DNA of 64,000 bases from Octopus vulgaris. Its lineage: Eukaryota. The stretch spans positions 54,808,001 to 54,872,000 of the forward strand of contig OX597820.1 of assembly GCA_951406725.2 (NCBI GenBank). The letters are read 5' to 3'. The number at the start of each line of letters is the position of its first letter. Position 1 is the stretch's first letter. The position numbers and the translations under genes were made by a program. Below the pieces are notes generated by a model that saw nothing but the letters and a program-made list of their open reading frames with translations, searched no databases and had not been told where the DNA came from. Positions 50,301-64,000 of the stretch are shown piece after piece.

Positions 50301-51379
50301 AATAGTCTTTGATATTGAAGTTAACAATATAAAGTGCTGAATTTAAAGTTTTTTCTTATTGTTAGAGATAGAGAGAGAGAAACGATTTTGATTGTTCCTT
50401 TCGTAAGAATGGTAGAGGCTGGTTGATGTACAAGTTGTTATGTAGTTTTAGTTGCTTGAGTCCGTTACTATTACTGGTTTGGCCACTATAAAATACAAAG
50501 AAAAAAAGAAAAATAACTAAATAATCATTAACCTTAAAAGAAATGAAGAGACATTACAAAACTATTTATTTTGAGGGCGGAATATATTCACTTAAATCAA
50601 CTTTGAATGGATGAAAAGTGAAGTTGAGTATGGGGAGATCCCCCACCACATGTATACATAATAGATATAATGGTGCTTTATGTATATACATCATCGTCAC
50701 TTTACATCTGTTTTCCATGCTGGCATGGGTTGTACTGGTCATCATGATCAAAGTCAGTTCTTATTAGGAACTATTGCTCTCATAGTCTGATACTTATACA
50801 CATAATTTTGGATTTTTTTCCTGTAACTGGATGCCTTTCTTAACATCAACCATTTTGCAGAGTGTAATGGGTGCATTTCATCATAGCATCAGCTCTAGAA
50901 ACGTTGCCAAGTCCTTGGAAAGACAAAAGCTAAAGCGACTTCTTGCCCCTCTGCCTCCCCTGCTCATTTGCCTTTCACTTTACTGGGCAGATAGATTTTA
51001 AAAAATAATAGATCTTGGGGACTTTTTAGAGTATTGAAAAGTCAGCTTGAAAGTTTCCGATTCCATTGTGCATGTGATTACAACAGATGTTCATCCTAGC
51101 CATGTGCTTAAGTCAAGATTACAGCTTGATCATAGTGATCGGCAGTTGGAAGGTAGATTTTTATAAATAATAGATCTTGAGGACTTTTAGAGCACTGGAA
51201 AGTTAGCTTGAAAGTTTCTAATTGATTTACAACAAATAAGGTGAAGAAAGAATCCCTGCTGAAATAATAACTCCTTTAAGTTTATTCTACCGTGTTCTTA
51301 CTCTGGATGCTATGCTTTTGGAGTACCTACCTCCACTGCTGCTATTAGGTCACTCAGATAAGAGAAGTTCTCAACTATT

Positions 51380-52730
51380 ATGGAGTCTTCTAAGCATTTA
51401 AACTGCTAAATACTTCTCTGCATCTGCTGCATATGAAATCTGTTTTCTCTATCACCCTATCTGTGATCCCACAACATTTCTTGAGCATCCATAGTTTACA
51501 CTGGCTACTGCATATAGAATTCTTACATACTCTTTTTTTTTACATGCCAAGCATGGCCACCTCCCTGATGGCAGTGGATTTTTGTTTTCCTTCTTTATAA
51601 TTAAAACAGTTGTCTTTGTTAGATTTACTTTGAGGTCTCTTGGTCGTAAGCTTTACTTGCATATCTGGAATGTCTTCTCAAAATCTTTAACAGATTCAGC
51701 TATGGAAACCAGGTCATTGACATTTAGCAGTTCCTATTGTCAGCCAGCTCTAAAATCCTCTGTTATGGCCTAGATAACTATAATATATATGAAGTTGAAA
51801 ACTGGGCCTTGATTTTGACTTACTTGCATACTAAATTCCTTGCTGAACTTATTATTGCTAACTCTCACCCTGCTGACAACATGTCTGTTTATATGCACTA
51901 CTAATGCCTTTTAGACACTCTTTCCAACTGATGTCCTGATTCACATAGACATATTGTTTTGTATTACAGAAAACCTTATGCTTCTGATCCTATTGTCATA
52001 AAACATTAACAAACCTTTTACTTTTTACTTCTCGCCTTATCACATACTTGATGTCTAGCGTCTTCATTGGGAAGGACTTAATATTTAGAACCATCTGCAT
52101 ATCTTATGTACTGACGATTGTGAAGTCTTGCTTGCATGTTTGCCTGAGTAGTAAGTGATCAGATTATTAGTCAGTTTCCAGAAGTTAGCAATAAAATATG
52201 GGTATGTTATTTATGTTACAGGTCTCCAAGACTCTCAATCCTTTTTCATTCTTTGTACTATATTCATAACCTCTACATATGCCAGAGTAGTGATCATTAG
52301 GGACCATGGTGTTGTCCAACTTGTCACCAGCCATAATAACATGGTCACTGCCTTTCATTAGTAAGGTGGTTTGCAAGAGGGCCGCTTGGAAACTATCCTT
52401 TTCCTTGTCTTTCAGTCTTGATTGTGGTGTATTTGCAGAAATAACTATTGCAGTTGGCCAAGACTTGTCTAAGCTTAATTTTTCCAGCATATATCTTGTG
52501 AGATATATGTTAACCTCAGTTACTTTATCTGACCATTTCTCTGCCACCAATATGTTTTCACCACTCAGAACTGTTACTTGCCTATGAGGCATTTGGCTGA
52601 TGTTCTCCCATCTTACCTTAGGTACACAGCACTACTTAATTCCAATCCAGCATCTCTGCAATCTCTCCAGACCTACTTTTCATCATATCAACTTTCATAG
52701 TGGTAACCCTTAAGTTTTGTACCCAACAGG
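51380..52730 (-). mobile_element. Old, internally deleted RTE LINE (endonuclease + RT remnants)
   Basis: ILVAEKWSDKVTEV..IVISANTPQ..EKDSF..VIMAGD (APE), plus RT remnants related to 39480-40530. Confidence 0.75.
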
Positions 52731-53959
52731 TTGAAACAGGGTTCCAGTGGTAGATGAGTATTTGGGATCATTTATATGTGCAAACATGCAGGTATGCACA
52801 CGCACAGATATAATAGCTATCCAAATGTAGTCAAAGTTAGTTGATTGATTTATGCATATGAATTGTTAAGAATATTCTTTACTTTGACAGTCTCTGTCAA
52901 AATAAATAATTTTGACATTCAAATTAAAAACAACAATAAACAAACTTTGTTTACCTGATGTTTGTATGGTGAACATGGAAGGCTACAGAGATATCAAGCT
53001 AGAAAAATTACTTAGACGTTATGAACCATCATTCCATTAAATTTCAGCTGACTAGATTATACAAGTGTAAAGTTAGAAATTAAAAATAAATAAATAAAAA
53101 AGCATGAGTAATGAAATATAATGAAAATTGAAAAAAAATTATTTGAATTTGGCTGGATTTTCTTCAAGACCATTAAACCATTGATACTATTTTGGTTTGG
53201 AAAAATATCTATTCTGTTTATGAAACAGATATTTGTTACAGTAAACAGAATAGTCTTACTTCTAGTTTCTTTATGATAATGATGTTGTGTGTGTGCATGC
53301 CTTGCATGTAAAAAACACTTTTTGAGCATGGTCGTTGCCAGAACTGACTGACTGGCCCTCGTGCCAGTGGCACGTAAAAGCACCCACTGCACTCTCAGAG
53401 TGGTTGGTGTTAGGAAAGGCATCCAGCTGTAGAAACTTTGCCAGATCAGATTGAGCCTGGTGCAGCCTTCTGGCTCACCAGTCCTCAGTCAAGCTGTCCA
53501 ACCCATGCCAGCATGGAAAGCGGATGTTAAACGACAATGATGATGATGAATGATCCCAAACATACACACATCTGTGTATGCATGTGCGTGTGTATATCTT
53601 TTTATTATTTACTTGTTTTGGTCATTGGACTGTGGTCATGCTGGAGCACTACTTTGAAGGGTTTAGTCACAAATACGAAGAGACTCCCTCATTGCATATA
53701 ACATCAGGTTATTCTTGCAGTTAGTAGAAGAACGGTCAACATGAAAATCCCATAACTATCATTAAATAATTATGTCACCTATTCAGTTTTTAAATGTAAA
53801 AAGCAGACAGCAAATAACTTGCCCCTTACTAGAAACTCTTCACTTCTTGTCCAAAATCTGTTGTTGGTATGATGAAAGGTAGGACTGTAGAGGTGCTAGT
53901 GCTGAAGCTGGCAGATGTGTGTTGTATAGAAGAGATAAGATGGTAGGGAGTCTTATCCA

Positions 53960-55345
53960 GATTTCTCATAGACAAGTAGTACCAGTGCAAATTCTTCCGA
54001 GCATGCAAAGCACTGGGGTGTAGATATATTGTTATCAGAGAAATGGCTGGATAAGATAATTAAGAAACTCAATAGTCGAAGGATTACTGTACATAGTTCC
54101 CTCTTATTCATCATTGTCTTCCAGGCCATAACAAAGGAATTCAAGACTGGCTGCCCTTCGGAACTGTTATATGCTGATGATCTTGCTCTTATAGCAGAGT
54201 CTGTTCAAGAACTAGAGAAGAAATTCCAGGTGTGGAAGCAAAACCTAGAATCAAAGGGCCTTAAAATTAACTTAGCAAAGACTAAGATTATAGCAAGAAA
54301 GAAAATGGACGGAACCCTTCCCCCATCAGGTTAATGGCACTGCTTGATATATAAAAAAAAGGTGTAGGCAGGAATTCCATATGGGGTACTCAATGCAAAC
54401 TATGGACACACAAGAGGTGAAGTGGAAAATTGGAAGGTTATCAGCGAAGATAGTGTTTGTATGTGAAAGATACACAAGAGCCATAAAAACAAAAAACGTT
54501 TAGGAAATCGATTTTCTCAAATGCCCCTGAGGCTCTTTAGAGGTAGTGGATAATTTTTGCTGCCTGGGGGACCTAATTAGTTGTTGGAAGTGGAGATGTA
54601 CAGAAAGTGTAATTGTTAGAATAAGAGTAAGATGGAGAAAATTCAGAGAGCTTTTACCTCTGTTGGCAACCAAAGGTCTCTCTCTCTCTCCATGTGAAAG
54701 GAAGATTGTATGATGCATGTATATGGATAGCGATACTACATGGCAGGCAGTGAGATGTGTCCCTTGAATGCAGAAGACATACGAAGCCACTATTCTCTGC
54801 TGTATGTGCAATGTCAGTGTACATGTGTGACAGAGCACTAGTGTTTTGAGGGAAAAGTTAAGCAAAAGAGGAATTAGATGCAGTGTGCAAGAGAGAAGAC
54901 TGCACTGATTTGAGCATGTGATGCATATGAATATAAACAGTTGCATGCAGAAGTGCTGATCACTCAAAGTGGATGGAGCTTGTGGAAGAGAGAAACCCAG
55001 GAAGACATGGGATGAACTGTTGAAAGCTGATCTTAAGACACTGAACCTTACGAAGGAGAAGAGTAAGGAGCAAGATGTCTGGCGCACTTCTATACTCAAG
55101 AAGACCTGTCTGCCACAGCAGAATTAATGCTGGTGTCACGGAAAAAAACACTCATGCTGTTACCATGTTAGAAGCACCCAGTACACTCGGTGGAGTAGTT
55201 GGCATTGGGAAGGACAACCAGCCATAGAAATCATGCCAAAACAGACAATGGAGCCTGGTGCAGTCTCTGGCCCTTACCAGCACTGGTCAAATTGTCCAGC
55301 CCATGCTAGCATGGAAAATGTACATTAAATGATGATGATGATGAT
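53960..55345 (+). mobile_element. RTE LINE 3' part with 3' UTR, degenerate
   Basis: SLLFIIVFQAITKEFKTGCPSELLYADDLALIAES..GLKINLAKTK. Ends in the common (GAT)n tail. Confidence 0.88.
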
Positions 55346-55956
55346 TTGACAGAGGCTGACTTAGCCAATAATAAAAATACTTAATTTTCCATTAATGCCT
55401 TGTATTTAGTTATTGCTATTATGGTTTGAGTTCAAATCATAAGAGTCACAATGCCATTCATCCTTCCCAGAAAGATAAAGTAAATTACCAGCAAAGAAGT
55501 GGCTTTAGTTAACTTTACCCCCACATCCACCCCAAAATGTGTTGCCTTGTGCTAATATTAGAAATCAATTTTCTGTTATTGCTGTTTATATAAAAAAAAA
55601 AAGTATTGACTATTGACATAAATATAGTGACATTTCAAATGCACAGTTTGAAAAAGTTTGTTATCTATATCTGTTATCTATTGTATAGTTATTTTGTTTC
55701 ATTATATAATAGTACAAAAAATTTAGCGAAGAGAAGGACCATGCTATTAGTGAGAAATCTTTGGGAATATACGTTAACAAAAAAAATAAATAAATAAAAT
55801 GCCAAACTTTGTGTAGTAGTATTCTGTAGTTATTGTTTGTTTAATAAATAAATAAATCATGCCAAAAAATAAAGTTAAAATAAAATAATTAAAAATAAAT
55901 TCTGGCAACAGCTTTTATTATCAACATTTGTTTGTACAAATCTGTGTTAATGTGAA

Positions 55957-56055
<99 letters not shown>

Positions 56056-56081
56056 TATAATATATATAATATATATATATA

Positions 56082-58568
<2,487 letters not shown>

Positions 58569-58675
58569 ATAAAGTCAAAATGAGGGTGAAAAAATTGGAT
58601 ATTAATTAAATAACATTAATTTAAACACCAGTGGCCTAGTGTATAAAAGACTGAAATTCAGTAAATATTATTAAT

Positions 58676-58817
58676 ACACAACTATAAGAGAGAATCCACT
58701 ATGTGGACGCTCTTACGCTAGATATAGATCCGCAAAGGGACTCCACCACTAAGGGAGTCCCTTTGCGGATCTATATCTAGCGTAAGAGCGTCCACATAGT
58801 GGATTCTCTCTTATAGT

Positions 58818-58822
<5 letters not shown>
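58676..58822. repeat. Perfect 69-bp inverted repeat with 9-nt spacer
   Basis: 58676-58744 is the exact reverse complement of 58754-58822; spacer accactaag. Confidence 0.95.
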
Positions 58823-58884
<62 letters not shown>

Positions 58885-59081
58885 CAAAAATCTAAGCTCC
58901 TGGTAGGGTGTAAAGTTAGGGTATTTCCAAGAAGCACTTGGACTATCATTACTGTCGTGTTCCAGGCCAAAGCTGGAATTCCTCAGGTGTAGAAAATCCA
59001 AGTTCACACTGTAATGTGGGTTTGGTGAAGAGTAAATAGTCCAATTGATAAGAAGACAGAAAGTTCTTTAACATCTTAATG

Positions 59082-59200
59082 ATTTGCTACAATCGTTTCT
59101 GCACCAACTCTCTTTGCAATGCCAGTTTATGCAAAAATTTAAAGCGAAAATTTACATATTTGCAGGTTTAGATGTTAGAGAGGCACTTCATCAGACTTGT
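59082..59200 (-). ncRNA. Degenerate type I hammerhead with 88-nt stem II
   Basis: On minus: CTGATGA (59194-59188), stem II agtgcctctct..agagagttggtgca, GAAA (59099-59096), stem III ACGATTGT (near-palindrome), triplet GUA. A.A mismatch at the base of stem II and weak stem I. Confidence 0.55.
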
Positions 59201-59289
59201 ATCAAAAATGCATTGATACAGAAACAGTTGTGAATTATTAAAGATGTGTTAAAGAATTTTCTTTGTGTTCTTATCGTTTAGATATATAT

Positions 59290-59635
59290 TCTTTTGACTG
59301 TGGCCATGCTGGAGCACTGCCTTAAAGGGTTTTAGTTGAAGAAATTGACCCTAGTACTTATTCTATCAGTCTCTTGGGCCAAAGTGTTATGTAGACATAA
59401 ACTGAGCAGCATCAGTTTTCAAGCGATAGCAGGGGGACAAACACAGACACACACACACACATAAATATATGCAAATATATATATATATGACGGGCTTCTT
59501 TCAGTTTCCATCTACCGAATCCACTCACAAGGCTTTGGTTGGCCTGAGGCTATAATAGAAGACACTTGCACAAGTTGCCATGCAGTGGGACTGAACCCAG
59601 AACCATGTGGTTGGGAAGCAATCTTCTTACTACAC
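59290..59635 (-). mobile_element. Family A SINE
   Basis: Reverse complement of the full element. Confidence 0.85.
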
Positions 59636-59849
59636 ACACACACTGTAATAGATACCATCAATTTTGAAAGATTTATTTCTAAAAAGAAAAATAATGAATT
59701 TTGTTGCATTTAAATACTTAATCCAGTATTTAGCAGTTTTTAATGATTTAATCCATTTGGGGTACGTTACTGAGTATTCACACAGATAAAATACTATAAT
59801 GAGGTTTGTGTGTGTGTATATATATACACACACACACACAAAATGATTC

Positions 59850-60050
59850 AAAATGTGACCGCGTGTGTACCGTTGGCGATTTTTTTTTCCTCTGTCTTCC
59901 CTTCTCTGGATGTTTCCTTCTCCTATGTTTCCGACGAAGAGCTCCGCTCGAAACGTTAAACCCTCCTTCTTCGCTTCCTTCCTGAGCGTCCAATAATACT
60001 ATATTTGTTCCACGTCCTCGCGTTGTTGTGTTTTCATGTTTGGATTAACT
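59850..60050 (+). mobile_element. Short non-coding element with minimal hammerhead (59927-59961), ending in (TA)n
   Basis: gttt-CCGACGA-agagc-tcc-gctc-GAAA-cgtt-aaac. Copy of 33375-33580. Confidence 0.65.
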
Positions 60051-60051
60051 T

Positions 60052-60085
<34 letters not shown>

Positions 60086-60819
60086 TACAAACATGTATAA
60101 ACATACTCATAAACAAATAGTTGTGCAAACATGTAGGTGCTTATATACATCCCTTTTCTTCTTACACACTCATATATTTCAACGTATACAGCTAAGCATG
60201 TACCATATGACTTATTCTGTAATGACAAACGCATGATGTCTTAGTCATGAGTGGTGCCTGATGGTGTGTGTCTTGTGACAGAACGTAACTCACACTAATA
60301 TCAGGTGATAACAAACATTTTTTCAGCAATATCTATTCCCCATTTATCAAGCAAATAAACACTATTTAGAATAACAGTGCATGGTGCCATGCTACAGGGG
60401 TTTACCTCTCATTACAATTTATGGAGCACAGCAGCACAATTGATTGTTTTTCTTGATTTTTTTTTTCCTTCTCTTTTTTTCTTTTAATGAATAAATACCT
60501 ATATCATTACCAATTCAATGTCCACTTTTCCCTGCTTGCATGGGTCAGATGGAATTTGCTGACTTCGATTTTCCATGGCCTGATGCCCTTTCTTGTCATC
60601 GACCCTTACCTGTTGCCAAGTAAGGTAATATTTCCCCATGACCAAAGGTTTTTCCACAAAAGATTTGAAAACGAAGGACACTGCTTTTATGATGTGTGTG
60701 TGTGTGTGCACACTTGTATTTTGACATTATGCGATATTTGTAAACGAGCATCTTACAACTGATGTTCACTCCCTGTCTTCTTTGAAACACGTGTTGGACA
60801 GTGGGGGGAAATGTTACCT

Positions 60820-61003
60820 TGCTTGGAAGGTATCAGGACAAAAGCCACCCAAGGACAAATTTTAAACAAAAATATCAACTAATAAATATTTTAAATGTTT
60901 TTAATAAAATTTCACTTTCCTAAGATATTTTTATTGTAAAGAAAGAACAATATACTGGGAGATACTTACTGCAGGGGGATTTTGTCCTAGTACTGCTTGG
61001 AAG
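60820..61003. mobile_element. MITE with TIRs and 8-10-bp TSD inserted in a SINE tail
   Basis: tgcttggaag duplicated at 60820-60829 and 60994-61003. TIRs gtatcaggacaaaa / ttttgtcctagtac. Confidence 0.75.
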
Positions 61004-61832
61004 CAGGTCAGGGTTGGCAACAGGAAGGGCATCAAGCCATAGAAAAATCTGCCTTGATAAATTCCACCTGACCCATGCTGGCATGGAAATATGGAGATTA
61101 AGCTGCTGATGATACCATAGGCTTCTTTCTGTTTCTATCTACCATATCCACTCACACAACCCAGGACTGTAGTAGAAGACACTCGTCCAGGTGCCACAGA
61201 GTGAGACTGAACCAGAAGCCATGGGATTAGGAAGTAAACTTCTTACCACACAGCCTACCTGTATCTATCATCATCATTTAGCATCCATTTTCCTTGCTGG
61301 TAGGGTGGACAAATATGTGTTGAAATATTGTGTTACAGCTGACTGCTCTTCCTATCATTAAACCGGACTTGTTTTTCAAGCAATGTTTTTGAACATGCAG
61401 AACTATGGAATGCTTTGTTGGTAGGGAATGTTACAAACATGGCTATTTTTTTTTTTGCTTAGTGTTTTCATGTGAGGACATGGAATGTAAATATTCATAC
61501 ACACACACACGTCTCCATACAGTTTCTATTTACCAATTCCATTCACAAGACTTTGGTTAGTCCAAGACTACATTAGTGGACAATTGCCACATAATGAAAC
61601 AGAACTGGAGACCATGTGGCAACAAAGTGAATTCTGTATGCACACAGCAGCCAAGCTTATATTTACCAAACATTTTTATGAGGAAAAGTTAAAATGATAA
61701 AAATTTTATTCTATTTATTATATTTATGTATGATGTATTTATAGGGAAACATGATTATCTAGCTCTTTGTGTGTAAATTCTATTTGCTATTAATGTTATC
61801 ACCAATAGATAGATGACCTTTGGACTCTTTTT

Positions 61833-62175
61833 ATCATCATCGTTTAACGTCCGCTTTCCATGGTGGCATGGGTTGGACAGTTTGATTGAGGACTGGTGAG
61901 CCAGATGGCTGCACCAGGCTCTGATCTGGCAGAGTTTCTACAGCTGGATGCCCTTCCTAATGCCAACCACTCCAAGAGTGTATGGGTGCTTTTACGTGCC
62001 ACTGGCACGAAGGCCAGTCAGGCGGTTCTGGTGATGGCCATGCTCAAATGGTGCTTTTTATGTGCCACCTGCACAGGAACCAGTTCAACGGCACTTGGCA
62101 ACAACCTCACTCAAATGTTTTTCACATGCCAGTAAGGCGACGCTGGTAACGATCACACTTGAATAGTGCTTTTTA
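61833..62175 (-). mobile_element. RTE 3' tail with 3-4 internal units
   Basis: gtgctttta(c/t)gtgccac-like motif at about 61987, 62051, 62116 and 62166. Confidence 0.8.
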
Positions 62176-63589
62176 TAGATGAGAATATTTGAAAGTGCAT
62201 AGAGTGGGATTTGAAAGTACATAACAAATGCTTTCAGCTCAAGATAATTTCTCTGTTTGGATGTATTTTATATTACAAAGAAAAATTCACTTGTGCACAT
62301 GTAAGTTCATGCACATTGCTGAAGAGATTTTAATGCATGTGTTGAGAAATTAATATGACTAATGTACATTCTCTCACAACAAATTATTCTATGGTGGATT
62401 GTTTGAATGGGACTTGTTACGAAATCGGTTTTAATTTCCAAAGATTTTTCTGCAGATTTATTCATGAGGGATTGTTTATCCAGTATCATATCTACCTCTG
62501 GGAACTTGTATTGGAATTCATTGCAGTAATTTTTTTCAAATGATTAATAATTTAAATTTGAATAGACTCCTTTTTGCTTGTCATTTGATTAGACAGAAAT
62601 TTAAGTTTTATCTTTAATTTATGCAATGTTTTGTTTTAATTTTGCAAGAAACACTTTGTTGTGGGAATAAATTTATACTATAGCAGATCTTTTCTGATTG
62701 GTTTGTTTACTGTTAGTGTAACGCTACTTTTATATGTTTCCTATTTGGAAATGGATAAATATATTTAACTTTTGAAGTAGGGATGTATATTGATAAACCT
62801 GTCACTTATACCTTACTTATAAGTGTTATCATTATACGTAAATCCTGACTCCAGTTACATAAATGCCATAGCGAGAAATATATTTTCTGAAACACTAATG
62901 GACATTTTATGCGTGCATGTATGTTGAATATAAATAATTTTGTGTTCTTTTAACCACTATAAAAAATACAGTTTCATAATTACAGAAATACATTTCATTA
63001 ATAAGTTGAAGAATGTGAAGAAAGAGAAAATAATTACTGCATTATTTTATTTATGTACATTTAGCATTTTTAATATTAATAATACAATTTGAAGTAAAGT
63101 AATTTTGTTGTAGAGACTTAAAATTTACGCTAACTAATTCTTCATACTAACTATATAGATCTCAACAATTCAAACAAGTCTTGTTGGATTTTTTATAGAC
63201 ATGGCATAAAAAAAAAATAACCAATGTCTCAAAGGAGTGAGTGTTGTGGAGTTTAGTTACATCCCACAAACACTAAATTTTTCCCCCAAATCCAGGGTTT
63301 TTATAACTGCTCAACTTGACTTTAAAGAATTGAAATCACATAAAAATATTCTTTAACTAATTTTCAGAATTCCTATATGAGCAGTTATTTCAACCAATGG
63401 GAAAATGACAATCATAATTCTTTGGCAATATGACATTATGTCATATTGCCAGCTACCACAAATTGGCGGTACTATTTGAAAATGGCTACACGCTACAATT
63501 CCTTTTTCCTGTAGCAGACAAGTTGGCTTCTTCATTAAAAAAATTTTGTATATAGCCAAGTGAGTTCTAGAGTTTACTATTTAGGATTC

Positions 63590-63900
63590 ATCTTCACTGT
63601 TCTCATAGATAAATGATTTCAGTTCTTTCAATTTGAAAACTCTATGGACTACTTTTCCTGCTGACAATAGAAGCATAAAATGACATAAAAATGAGAATCC
63701 ATATCTTGGCAAAGATTTTTCAATATTTGGGTGTTCACAGCCAATGATTTAACATAAATGACCAGCTTCACAAACCCTCTGAAAACTCTGTTCAATATAT
63801 CAGGCAATGTTTTTGATGTCAGTGCCTCCCTGTGAATAAAGTAATAAATTCCAGTGCAAAAGTTCAGTGGGCAGTGTTGCTGTCAGTTTCTCCTGTCAAC
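63590..63900 (-). mobile_element. hAT (Charlie/Buster-like) transposase relic
   Basis: Minus translation FIHREALTSKTLPDILNRVFRGFVKLVIYV..NTQILKNLCQDMDSH and GKVVHRVFKL match the 'HCxxHREAL.SK' and 'SRGKVL.R.FEL' regions. Confidence 0.7.
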
Positions 63901-64000
63901 AAATCTGTCATTTTGTGTCTTCAAAGCCATGTGAAATAAGAGCTCCCTTACTAGAAAAACAGGGTATCCAGCTATAAAACAATATCCCAAACAACATATT

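Overview
AT-rich, repeat-dense animal genomic DNA. The SINE/LINE repertoire and (TA)n/(CA)n/(GAT)n microsatellites resemble an Octopus-type cephalopod genome (inference). Host genes: a complete, apparently single-exon RRP8 CDS (34059-35081 +), the first coding exon and CpG-rich promoter of an unidentified gene (47159-47327 +), and a probable first exon of a minus-strand gene near 5.0 kb. Most of the rest is mobile DNA: a young 5'-truncated CR1-type LINE with an open ORF2, RTE LINE fragments carrying a PHD-like finger, R4/Dong-like fragments, several tRNA-derived SINE families, mariner/maT/hAT relics and MITEs. The most interesting signal is a set of short non-coding elements in or next to (TA)n arrays that carry type-I hammerhead ribozyme motifs and/or fold-back inversions. 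These look like Penelope-like pseudo-LTR or retrozyme-like elements. Two sequence-unrelated hammerheads have an unusually long (85-88 nt) structured stem II, and a minimal family shows a compensatory stem I change. All structures were folded by eye and repeat boundaries are approximate.
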